A stretch of 32,000 nt of DNA from Planctomycetales bacterium. Lineage in GTDB: Bacteria; 4484-113; JAFGCY01. The translations under genes and the position numbers were made by a program. The stretch lies in NCBI GenBank assembly GCA_022646745.1, contig CP060262.1:2070001-2102000 (forward strand), read 5' to 3'. The notes below the pieces were generated by a model. That model saw only the letters and a list, made by a program, of their open reading frames with translations. It searched no databases and was not told the DNA's origin. This document shows, piece after piece, positions 8,599 through 17,422 of the stretch. Each line of letters begins with the position of its first letter. Position 1 is the stretch's first letter.

Positions 8599-8736
8599 TC
8601 AGTAGGCAGTGGTCGGTACTGAATCAGAAGCAGAATGAGAAGCAGCAGAATCTGAAGCCGCGAACTGTTCGCTGAACACCGGAATCTGCTGTTTCTGCCA
8701 ACTGCTTCTCATCCTGACCACTGGCCACTGACTACT
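8594..8736. repeat. 143-bp imperfect palindrome built from 7-nt units (GGCAGTA/GTCAGTA/GAAGCAG types)
   Basis: Left arm AGTAGTCAGTAGGCAGTGGTC (8594..8614) against right arm GACCACTGGCCACTGACTACT (8716..8736). Central perfect hairpin GCGAAC-T-GTTCGC (8660..8672). It lies between convergent stop codons. Confidence 0.8.
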
Positions 8737-8744
8737 CACAACTC

Positions 8745-10097
8745 CTAGCGGAAGCGGTAGATGCCGGCTTCCGGGTCCAGTTCCAGTTCGACCTCCAGCG
8801 GCTGGGAGCCGCCATCGTACTTCAGCGTATAGGTGAAGGTATCCGTGCCGAAGAAGTTCAGCGGGATTGTCAGCTGGCCGGCCTTGCCGGTCTTGATGCT
8901 GATTTCCTCGCCCGCCACCTGCATGCTCAGTTCGGCATCCGGAATCGGACCGGTAATGCCGATCAGGATCGCGATGATGCCGAGGCTCTGGCTGCCCGGC
9001 AGCTGCATGAAGGGCGCGGCATTCAGGGCATTGTTGGTCTCGATCCCACCACCGGCACGCAGCATGCTGAAGGGATGCTGCCAGCCGTTCAGCTCGCCGG
9101 GATTGAAGAAGCCGTTGCGCCAGAGGTTGTAGTCTGAGGCATCGACGGAATTGAGGGCGGTGGTCGGTTCACCCGGCTCGCCGTCGGGCAGCAGGTTGAC
9201 GGGCAGGGCGAACAGCAGCCGTTCACTGCCCGATGTGTCATCAAACGAGAAGTCCTGCCTGTAGACATTGCCCTGCTCGATGTAGCTCATCGTTCCCACG
9301 CTGTCATTCCACAGCCCGCCGCCTTCCGAGCCCGCTGAGTTCCACTGGATGCTGCCATTCTCGCCTGAGCCAAATCCGTCGCTGGCACTGTTCCGGAACT
9401 TGCGCCAGTCCCACAGCTCCGTATTGTTGATGTAGCCGCTGACACTGCTTGTGCCGGGGTGGGCCGCGATCAGCAGGAAGCGCACGCTGCCGTCAGCCAT
9501 GCAGTAATCCTGGCTCTGGCTGAAGCTGCGACGGAAGTTGTACTGCGCGGAGGGGTTGTGCGTGCCGTCCGCGTTGTACTGCCCGGACTCGAAGCCGTCT
9601 GTGAATATCCGGCCGCCGACCTCCCAGCGTCCGTTGCCGGGGTTGGCAATCGCGAAGAACCAGCGTGCATTGCCGCCGCTTTCCAGCCCGGCCTGCACCC
9701 ATGCCAGGTGGCCGTCATCGCCGAAGTCCACCCTGTACATCGCCCAGCCGACGATGCGCTTCTCCAGTTCGCTGTCCGGCACCTGCAGCAGCAGGTCGCT
9801 GCCATCCTGGCCAAGCACGATGTTCTTCGTGGTGACGATGTCGCTGATGCCGTCGCCGTTGACATCAGCGCTGGCGACACTGATGCTTGCATTGCGCGCA
9901 GCTGAGCTGCTCGCGAGACTGGCGACGGAGGGGATGCCGGCAGTGCTGAGGTCAGCATCGCTGACTGCCTCCACCGGGTCCGGCAGGTTGGGCTGCGGGC
10001 TGGGCTGGCCGCTGCCACCGCCGCCACCGCAGGATGCCAGCAGCATTGCCGCCAGCAGCAGCGCAAGTGTTGTTGTCATTGTTTTCGTGCCTGTCAT
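8745..10097 (-). CDS. Hypothetical lipoprotein, paralog of 10109..11443
   Basis: MTGTKTMTTTLALLLAAMLLASCGGGGGSGQP (lipobox). GAGGA RBS before the ATG at 10097; the ORF-track start at 10112 is a GTG. It shares WAxYR...FxAxANxxxGxWExGG and GIIAILIGxxGPxPD with the upstream gene. Confidence 0.75.
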   Translation of the reverse strand: MTGTKTMTTTLALLLAAMLLASCGGGGGSGQPSPQPNLPDPVEAVSDADLSTAGIPSVASLASSSAARNASISVASADVNGDGISDIVTTKNIVLGQDGSDLLLQVPDSELEKRIVGWAMYRVDFGDDGHLAWVQAGLESGGNARWFFAIANPGNGRWEVGGRIFTDGFESGQYNADGTHNPSAQYNFRRSFSQSQDYCMADGSVRFLLIAAHPGTSSVSGYINNTELWDWRKFRNSASDGFGSGENGSIQWNSAGSEGGGLWNDSVGTMSYIEQGNVYRQDFSFDDTSGSERLLFALPVNLLPDGEPGEPTTALNSVDASDYNLWRNGFFNPGELNGWQHPFSMLRAGGGIETNNALNAAPFMQLPGSQSLGIIAILIGITGPIPDAELSMQVAGEEISIKTGKAGQLTIPLNFFGTDTFTYTLKYDGGSQPLEVELELDPEAGIYRFR

Positions 10098-10108
10098 TTT
10101 CCAGTTCC

Positions 10109-11443
10109 TCACTTCTGCACCGCCGGCAGCAGCAGGCCGACGTACTGTTCACCGAACTTCTGCACCTGCAGCTCAAACTGCAGCAGCGGGTTGGCATCAT
10201 CACCGACGCCGAATGAGTAGCTGCCTTCCTCCAGGCCATCCAGCACGATGCGCCCGCGGCTGTCCGTCACGCCGACGATCGGTGTATTGCTCAGGTCGCC
10301 CTGGATCAGGACGTATGAGACATCCGGCATCGGTCCCAGCAGTCCGATCAGGATCGCGATGATTCCGTTGGGCTCACCGTTGCCGGTGATGTCGAGCAAT
10401 GGGGCTCCGCTGACATACTTCTCAACGCCATCCACAGGCTGGGTGTAAACGTACTCATGTGCCGCGCCATTCACTGCGTTGACATCAAAGAAGTGGATGC
10501 CGGGATCGCTGTCATTGTGGTCGGTCCACTGGGAAGCCATTGCCAGCTGGTTCTCCGTATTCGTGCCAAGAGCGAGGCGCGCGCTGAAGGTCGGCGGCAT
10601 GCCGATGTTGAACCCAAGCGTGTTGGATGTGCCGTCCTTGATCAGCGAGAAGCTGTCCTCGCCCCACTGCATGCTGTACTCCTCGTCCGGGTAGTTCTCG
10701 CTGGCGGAGTCCAGGCCCGGGTAGCAGAAGCACTTGCCGAACTGGCATGACATGTTGCTGAAGTTACCGTTGCCGGGATGGCCGACCAGGATCGCGAGAT
10801 ATGAACCGCTCGGGAAGACATAGTCCTCAGACTGGCTGAAGTTGAGGGTGCCGCCGTTGTTGAAGATCCCGCCGCCACCCTGGCTGCTGTTGAACTGGCC
10901 GCCGAGTTCCCAGCCGCCCCTTGTCTGGTTGGCAACCGCATAGAACAGGCGCATGCCGGGGCGGGACTTCTGCATCTCGTACTCCAGCTTCCAGAGGTGC
11001 AGGCCGCCACCGTTGCCCGGGTCTGTGCCCGGTGCGATCCGGTAGACCGCCCAGGCCAGCACGCGGCCGGTCTCGCTGGTTTCGGCATTGACCTCCCAGC
11101 CCTTGCCGCCGCTGAGCTCGTCAAGGTTGCGGCTGGCGATCACGCTCTCCCAGCCGAGGCTGAGGTTCAGCACCAGCTGCTTGTCCTCCGGGAAGTCCAG
11201 CATCGAGGACGACTTCGAACTGATCGAGGCCAGGCTGGCGGGGTCGGGCAGGCCGGCGCCGGCGATGTCCGCCGTGCTCATTTCCTCCACCGGGTCCGGG
11301 TAGTTGGGCGTCGGGTCAGGCTGGCCGCTGCCGCTGCCGCCTCCACCACAGGCGGATATCAGTACGCTGATGAGCAGTCCAAGGGCCAGTGCAGCTGCAC
11401 GACGGGACTGGGAAGAACAGTAACGAATCCTGAGAATAGACAT
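10109..11443 (-). CDS. Hypothetical lipoprotein, paralog of 8745..10097
   Basis: AGGAGG RBS. Signal peptide and lipobox LISVLISACGGGGSGSGQP. Same domain order as the paralog. Ends in VGLLLPAVQK. Confidence 0.75.
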   Translation of the reverse strand: MSILRIRYCSSQSRRAAALALGLLISVLISACGGGGSGSGQPDPTPNYPDPVEEMSTADIAGAGLPDPASLASISSKSSSMLDFPEDKQLVLNLSLGWESVIASRNLDELSGGKGWEVNAETSETGRVLAWAVYRIAPGTDPGNGGGLHLWKLEYEMQKSRPGMRLFYAVANQTRGGWELGGQFNSSQGGGGIFNNGGTLNFSQSEDYVFPSGSYLAILVGHPGNGNFSNMSCQFGKCFCYPGLDSASENYPDEEYSMQWGEDSFSLIKDGTSNTLGFNIGMPPTFSARLALGTNTENQLAMASQWTDHNDSDPGIHFFDVNAVNGAAHEYVYTQPVDGVEKYVSGAPLLDITGNGEPNGIIAILIGLLGPMPDVSYVLIQGDLSNTPIVGVTDSRGRIVLDGLEEGSYSFGVGDDANPLLQFELQVQKFGEQYVGLLLPAVQK

Positions 11444-11628
11444 CGGATCCTCCTGGAACCATTTGATTTGGTAAGGAGGCCTGGCGGAATGCGTGCCCGC
11501 CGGTCCTGCTGTACCGGTATCTGAGTGCCTCGTTTATGGTTAAGTTTCAGTTTAACCAAAAACTCTGTGGAATTCCAGCAGGGCTGTTCAGCGGCCACTC
11601 TTTGCAGTTATCACGGGACCAGGCGCCT

Positions 11629-13866
11629 TCAGACCACATATTCGTTGAATTCGCCCACCGGGTAGTATTCGCCGTCGATCTCGATGAACCAGGTCTCATG
11701 CCCGCTCCACAGCTCGTCATACTGCATCACATACGGTCCATGGCCGCTGTCGAACAGCTCAAACAGCTCCGGGTATTCCTCCCGGGCATAGCGCTCCACA
11801 TCATCATCACTGGCGTCCGGGTGGGTATCGCGGTAGTAGCTGAAGTAGTTCCATTCCTCAAAGGTCTCCATCAGGTCGTAGGGGCCGCCGTACCAGCGGA
11901 CCGAAATGCTGCGTGAGTCCGGGAAGCCCTGCGCAGCACTGCGCATGTAGTTGCGACCCTCTTCCGTGCCGACACAGATCCCATAGACCTGGTTGCCAAG
12001 CGCGAAGGGCAGGCCGGGCTCGCTGGAGTAGATGTAGACCGCGCGCCAGGGATGGCCGGAGGGGAAGGGCTGCCAGTCGCCGGGGCTGGACCCGGTTGTC
12101 TGGCTGATGCCGCGCAGCATGGCGCGTTCCACCGGCCCGAGTCCGTCCAGCGAGGCATTCGGCGTGCAGTCCAACCGGTCAGGTGTGCCGTCGCCATCAG
12201 TGTCCGGGTTGTCAGGGTCAGTCAGCAGGCGCTGCTCCGTGATGTCAGTCAGGCCGTCGCCATCGCGGTCACTGCGCAGTTCTGCAAGGCTTGTGCTCTC
12301 CGTCAGGTAGTCGATCCCTTCTCCGGATTCGTGATCCATCGTGCGGCCGTCCCTGAGGCTGTTGTGGCTCAGCTGCAGTCGGCCCTCCGCGTATTCCAGC
12401 AGCAGTGGCCCGCGCCCCTCGTACTGGAAGCCGCCGATTGGTGCAATGTATGTTTCAGCAACATCCGCCCAGGGGGTCGGCAGCACCACCTCGAAACCGC
12501 CGTCATTGTCGCTGTCCACGGCGATGTAGATGTCGCGCTCGCTGGTCAGCCCGCCGCTGCTGTAGGCCAGCAGGCGCGTGCCGTCCGGCAGCAGGCATTC
12601 GCTCCAGTCCTTCTCCGTCTGCGGCCGGTAACTGAGGTAGCCTCCGCTGATCTTCTGCAGGTCGATGATGTAGGGAGGCAGCTGAATGGCGAACTGCTGC
12701 TGCGGCGGGTCCCAGGCGTCCATCACGCGCAGGTTGTCTCCGAAGTGCATGCCGTACAGGTGCCTGTCGTCAATCAGCCGGCTGTCAATGATGCCGTAGC
12801 CCTGTGAGGGTTGCCAGTAGATTGAGTCGTAGCCCAGTGCGAAACTGCCGCTGCGGTCCTGCATGAAGCGCGGCAGGGGTTCGATCCGGCCGCTGGCAAT
12901 GCCAATCAGTGCCAGGCCGTATCGGCTGGCCGTTCCGCAGTCAACCAGCAGGTTGCTGCGCCTGCGCATGAGGATCCGCCCATTGTCCCAGTCATTCCCG
13001 CCTGCCAGCAGGCTGAGCTGCCCGCCGCCCGCGAGATCGAGTTGCACGAGGCCGCTGCTGCTGGCGAGCATGGCGACAGTGCCGGACAGTTCGACCTGCC
13101 AGTCGCCCTGGCAATCCAGCTCGAAGCTGCTGGAGGATTCCAGCTGGCCCGTGCGGTAGAAGTGCAGGCTGAGCTGCTCGGCGTCGTGTTCCGCCAGCAG
13201 GATCCCATCGCGGCTGGAGCAGAGCCGTGCCTGCCAGCCCGGATGCGGTCGTTCAATCTCAAAGGGCAAGCCGGGGCCGGGGAAGCAATACAGCGCAGTC
13301 GATGTGGCGATTGCCATGTTGCGCTCGCCCGCGAAGCGATTGTCAACCACAGCTGCCACTTCATCATAGTCGTAGCTTTCCTGCAGGCCTCCGTCCTCGC
13401 TGAACATGCGCAAGAGCGTCATGCCTGGCTGTCCGTCCGCGCGCGGCACCAGGCCCCACAGGTGGTCATGGTTGCGCCCGAGGTTGGCAGGCAGCTCCGC
13501 GCTCCACAGCAGTTCATCCGAGAAGCGGGCGTAGGCACGCGTGCCATCTGCATCGCTGAGCAGCAGTCGTTCGTTGTCAATGTGGATTGCTTCGAGGCCG
13601 GTGTCCAGGGCGGGGTCGCTGATGCTGTTTTGGTTGCTGCCACCGCCCGCGTCACGGACCTGCAGCATCCCGTCCTGCAGGCAGTACAAGGCATGCCCGT
13701 GGAACAGCTGCGCCCGTTCCTGACTGCCATCCAGCGCCTGCCACCAGAAGTTATGTGCATCGTGCACCTGTGCCAGCGCTGGATGGGGTAATGTTGCCAG
13801 CAGGACTGCCAGTATTGTCAGGCAGGCAGGCAATGATCTGTGTTTCATGCTGGACCTCCAGCTCAT
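11629..13866 (-). CDS. Secreted protein: beta-propeller-like region, thrombospondin type 3-like Ca-binding repeats, and an unassigned C-terminal domain
   Basis: Signal peptide (KHRSLPACLTILAVLLATLPHPALAQ). DRDGDGLTD and DTDGDGTPD repeats. The C-terminal ~200 aa are collinear with the upstream paralog. ATGA overlap with the upstream gene; the ATG at 13848 is an alternative start. Confidence 0.7.
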   Translation of the reverse strand: MSWRSSMKHRSLPACLTILAVLLATLPHPALAQVHDAHNFWWQALDGSQERAQLFHGHALYCLQDGMLQVRDAGGGSNQNSISDPALDTGLEAIHIDNERLLLSDADGTRAYARFSDELLWSAELPANLGRNHDHLWGLVPRADGQPGMTLLRMFSEDGGLQESYDYDEVAAVVDNRFAGERNMAIATSTALYCFPGPGLPFEIERPHPGWQARLCSSRDGILLAEHDAEQLSLHFYRTGQLESSSSFELDCQGDWQVELSGTVAMLASSSGLVQLDLAGGGQLSLLAGGNDWDNGRILMRRRSNLLVDCGTASRYGLALIGIASGRIEPLPRFMQDRSGSFALGYDSIYWQPSQGYGIIDSRLIDDRHLYGMHFGDNLRVMDAWDPPQQQFAIQLPPYIIDLQKISGGYLSYRPQTEKDWSECLLPDGTRLLAYSSGGLTSERDIYIAVDSDNDGGFEVVLPTPWADVAETYIAPIGGFQYEGRGPLLLEYAEGRLQLSHNSLRDGRTMDHESGEGIDYLTESTSLAELRSDRDGDGLTDITEQRLLTDPDNPDTDGDGTPDRLDCTPNASLDGLGPVERAMLRGISQTTGSSPGDWQPFPSGHPWRAVYIYSSEPGLPFALGNQVYGICVGTEEGRNYMRSAAQGFPDSRSISVRWYGGPYDLMETFEEWNYFSYYRDTHPDASDDDVERYAREEYPELFELFDSGHGPYVMQYDELWSGHETWFIEIDGEYYPVGEFNEYVV

Positions 13867-16760
13867 GACACCCAGGTTCCGCGTTTATGGTAGGGCCAGT
13901 ACTCCCCGTCCACCAGGCGAAACAGGATCACTTCACCGTGGTAGGGGAAGTCCAGATCAAGCACGGCGTCAGGACCAGCCTCGTCGGATTCTCTCTCCGG
14001 GTCATAGTAGTAGAACCCGGCGTATTGCTGCCATGACTCTGCTTTCTCGCGCAGTTCATCCTCAGTGAATTCGCGGCCTTCGTCAATGTAGTACTGGTAC
14101 ATCCTGCTGCGCTTGTAGCCCTCAATCGGGTCGGCACGGCGGTCAATCCATTCCATTGTGATGCTGTTCTCCGGCCATTCCCAGCGGTTGGCATCTCCAT
14201 TGTTGAGACGCTCATTGCTGCTGCCATCAAGGCAGATGCTGTACTCGCCGGCACTGCGGGCGAAGGCCACCGGGCCGGAGTTGTAGACGGTGAAGTAGCG
14301 CGCCTGCCAGGGGCTGCCGGTTTCCACACTCGCCACCCAGTCTAGCTCCCTTCCGCTTCCATCCTCCGGCCAGTACATTGCCAGCGCGCGGGCGATGCCG
14401 CGTTCCACCGGGCCCATTGCGGCAGGGTCGGCAGTCGGAGTGCAGTCAGCCCCGTCCGGGATGCCGTCGCCATCGCAATCGGGGTTGACCGGGTCGAGAA
14501 TCAGTAGTCGCTCCGCGATGTCAGTCAGGCCGTCGCCATCGCTGTCACGCTGCACTTCATCCAGGCTGAGTGGGCTCTCGACATAGTCCAGTACGGGATA
14601 AACAATCGGATACTGTTCGAGGTCGGCATCCGGCTTCAGCCGGTTGTGCAGTACGGTCAGCCCGCCATCACCAGCATCGCGCAGACTGAGCCAGGCGGTC
14701 GGTGCCAGGTTGCTGTTCCAGTGGGAAACCCTGTCAAGCAGGCCGGTTGGCAATACATGCCTGAAGCCCTGCCCCTCCACGGGCTCAAAGCCTACGTAAA
14801 TGTCGCGGTCGTCATACAGTCCCGGTGATGTGAACACGGCAATCCTGTCCGGGGTGCCGCTGTGGACTTCGGCCCAGCCGGGGATGCTCACATGCCTGTC
14901 GCCACCACTGTACAGCTCGAAATTGTCTTCCCTGACGGGGTAGGGCCCGGGGACCTGCACATGCAGGCCGCTGTAGCCGAACTCGTCGTTGGCAGCGAGG
15001 TAGCTCGCCCCGGCAGCGCCGCAGTTGGATATCGCCTCACGCAGCTCGATCAGCTGACCGGCAAATAGCGGCATTTCCTGCCAGCGCAGCAGGCTTGGCA
15101 GGCTCGCTTCCGAGTTGAGGTTCTGCAGCACGCGCAGCAGTCCGCTGGTCACAGAACCGTAGCTGCCGAATTCCTGGCGTGATGTATCCATGTTTTCTGA
15201 CTGGTGCATGTAGTAGTTGGCAAGGGCCAGCGCATCCATGTGGACCGCATCCGTGCCGGCGGTGCCGCTGAGCAGCTGCTCCTGTGCATTCAGGCCGCCG
15301 CCCACGATTTCGTCCATCAGTTCCCGGTCCGCCAGCGGATCAGCACTGGCAAGGAAACGCGCCAGCAATTCGTCATGCAGCGGCGGCCAGCTCAGGGCCT
15401 GCATCCGGCCGGGGAGGGGCTGGCCGTTTGCGCCAATCTTCACGGAGATGATTTCCGTATTCCGCGGAGAGGGCGTATATGGCCTTCCGTTGGCAATCAG
15501 CAGGTTCCTGCTGTTCAGCTGGCTGGTCCAGTCACTGAGCTCCAGGCTTGCCGGAAGTTCTGAGATGCTGAGGCTCCGGGGGTCGAGCATTGCGAAGTAG
15601 CTGTCCTGGTGGCCATTCTCGTCGACATCACCGATGTTGATCGTTGCCAGTACCATGTTGTCGTTGCTGCCCAGCAGCACGCCTCCTGGCCAGCCATCAG
15701 CCTTGCCAAGTCCGGCGAGTTCCTTCCCGCTGTCAATGTCGAAGCGGCGCAAGCCAGATTCGTCCACCAGCAGCAGCATTGAATCAACCAGGCCGATGCT
15801 CGCATAGTAGAACGAGCGTACATCCAGGTCCAGTACATAGAACCTGTCCCTGGTGTGGGCTTCCTTTGCAAGATGCCGCAGGCTGATCACTGCCTCAGTT
15901 CCGCCTGCCGGAAACCAGTCCAGGCTGAAGTCGATGAGATCGTCGCGCTTCGGCTGGCCGACCAGCAGGATGCCCTGCGGGTAGCTGTAGATCACCGCAT
16001 GCAGTTCAGGTTGCGGCAGCGGGATTGCCAGCGGATCCTCAAGGCCATTGAAGCGGTACAGCTGATTCTCAGATCTGACAACCAGCCCACCGCCGTCACC
16101 AGGCCGGCTGAATTGCTTGATTGGTGTCAGTTGCCACTGCCCAAGCACCTCTCCATCCAGCGGATCGAGGGCTCGCAGCACATCAGGCTCGCCATACTGG
16201 TTGACATCGGGTGAATGCGTGCCGACCCAGACGTAGCCATCGAATATGCCGAAGATGTGCTCGTAGTCAGCGGTCCACAGCAGCTGCCCATCCTCCAGCG
16301 AGCGGGCTTCGGTCTTGTAGCGCCACTCGTATACGAGCAAATTGTCCGCAAGGAACAGCTTATCCAGTCGGGCCGTGCCGTTTGGAAACAGCCGGTAGAA
16401 ATCGCTGGCGTAGTCCTGTTGCCAGAGCAGCGCCCCGCTGGCGGCATCCAGCAGATTGATGTCCCAGCCGTTGGTGTAGGCGATGTGCTTTTCATCTGCG
16501 ATGAAGGCATCAAACCTTGACCCGCCATCAATGTAGCGGTACCAGCCTTCGTAGTCAGGCAGCTCAGGGTCCTTGGCCAGCCAGTCATCGCCGGGGGCCA
16601 GCCCCCAGTACCCATCCGGGGGCAGCTGCAGTTCAAGGTAGCCCATCTCGGGGTCAGGTGCCGGCAGGCTCCAGTGTGCCGAAGCGGCAGGCTCCTCCTG
16701 CGCCGTGGCCAGCACCGGCAGCAGGCAAAGCATGAGCAGTGCGATCCGCAGTCGCTGCAT
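13863..16760 (-). CDS. Secreted protein, larger paralog of 11629..13866 (PQQ/BamB-like propeller repeats, TSP3-like repeats, same C-terminal domain)
   Basis: Signal peptide MQRLRIALLMLCLLPVLATAQ. Repeats of the type SGALLWQQDY and DGQLLWTADY. DSDGDGLTD and DCDGDGIPD. The C-terminal GPVERG...PWQARYF...GEYWPY aligns with the paralog. Confidence 0.7.
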   Translation of the reverse strand: MQRLRIALLMLCLLPVLATAQEEPAASAHWSLPAPDPEMGYLELQLPPDGYWGLAPGDDWLAKDPELPDYEGWYRYIDGGSRFDAFIADEKHIAYTNGWDINLLDAASGALLWQQDYASDFYRLFPNGTARLDKLFLADNLLVYEWRYKTEARSLEDGQLLWTADYEHIFGIFDGYVWVGTHSPDVNQYGEPDVLRALDPLDGEVLGQWQLTPIKQFSRPGDGGGLVVRSENQLYRFNGLEDPLAIPLPQPELHAVIYSYPQGILLVGQPKRDDLIDFSLDWFPAGGTEAVISLRHLAKEAHTRDRFYVLDLDVRSFYYASIGLVDSMLLLVDESGLRRFDIDSGKELAGLGKADGWPGGVLLGSNDNMVLATINIGDVDENGHQDSYFAMLDPRSLSISELPASLELSDWTSQLNSRNLLIANGRPYTPSPRNTEIISVKIGANGQPLPGRMQALSWPPLHDELLARFLASADPLADRELMDEIVGGGLNAQEQLLSGTAGTDAVHMDALALANYYMHQSENMDTSRQEFGSYGSVTSGLLRVLQNLNSEASLPSLLRWQEMPLFAGQLIELREAISNCGAAGASYLAANDEFGYSGLHVQVPGPYPVREDNFELYSGGDRHVSIPGWAEVHSGTPDRIAVFTSPGLYDDRDIYVGFEPVEGQGFRHVLPTGLLDRVSHWNSNLAPTAWLSLRDAGDGGLTVLHNRLKPDADLEQYPIVYPVLDYVESPLSLDEVQRDSDGDGLTDIAERLLILDPVNPDCDGDGIPDGADCTPTADPAAMGPVERGIARALAMYWPEDGSGRELDWVASVETGSPWQARYFTVYNSGPVAFARSAGEYSICLDGSSNERLNNGDANRWEWPENSITMEWIDRRADPIEGYKRSRMYQYYIDEGREFTEDELREKAESWQQYAGFYYYDPERESDEAGPDAVLDLDFPYHGEVILFRLVDGEYWPYHKRGTWVS

Positions 16761-16868
16761 CAGTGTGTTCCTCCCCTCACTCTTCCTGCTGAGTTTATCG
16801 CAGCATGGCAGGCATTGTTAAGCAGGTTGAGCCTGACCGCCGGCAGGGGCCGCATATATGATCTGTGC

Positions 16869-17396
16869 ATGCAGATCGTGATCATGGACTACCAGCGGCG
16901 CTGGGCGGAGGAGTATGCGGCAATCGAGCAGGCCATCAAGGGCGTGGTCGGGCCGGAGGTGCAGCGCATCGACCATATCGGCAGTACGAGCGTGCCGGGC
17001 CTGGCGGCCAAGGACATCATTGACATCCAGCTCAGCGTGACGGCCATCGAGCCGGTTGAGGTCTATGGCAAGGGACTGGAGTCACTGGGCTACTTCGAGA
17101 AGCCGGGTAACCTCGAGCGCAACAAGCGCTACTTCCGTGAAAGCGGCGAAATGCGCCGGACCCATATACATATAAGGGAGAGCGGGGCCTTCGGCCAGCA
17201 GTTCGCGCTGTTGTTTCGCGACTACCTGCGCGCCAGCCCCGAGGAATGCGAGTACTACGCGGCACAGAAGAGAGAACTGGCGAAACAGGAATGGGAGAAT
17301 GTCAGCGACTTCGGCGATGCCAAGGACCCGCTGTTCTGGGAGATCATGCGCCGTGCCAATGCCTGGCAGCAGGACACTGCGTGGAGGAGTGGGTAG
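16869..17396 (+). CDS. GrpB family protein (UPF0157)
   Basis: IDHIGSTSVPGLAAKDIIDIQLSV and RTHIHIRESGAFGQQFALLFRDYLRASPEECEYYAAQKREL are typical of GrpB. The ORF-track start at 16674 is an extension. Confidence 0.7.
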   Translation: MQIVIMDYQRRWAEEYAAIEQAIKGVVGPEVQRIDHIGSTSVPGLAAKDIIDIQLSVTAIEPVEVYGKGLESLGYFEKPGNLERNKRYFRESGEMRRTHIHIRESGAFGQQFALLFRDYLRASPEECEYYAAQKRELAKQEWENVSDFGDAKDPLFWEIMRRANAWQQDTAWRSG

Positions 17397-17422
17397 CGTT
17401 CCCGCGTTACAATATCCCTCCT

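Noticed and set aside
12052-13791. 251-aa and 249-aa + strand ORFs inside the 745-aa gene
   Set aside because: Antisense shadows. The minus-strand frame has a signal peptide, Ca-binding repeats and a paralog next door.
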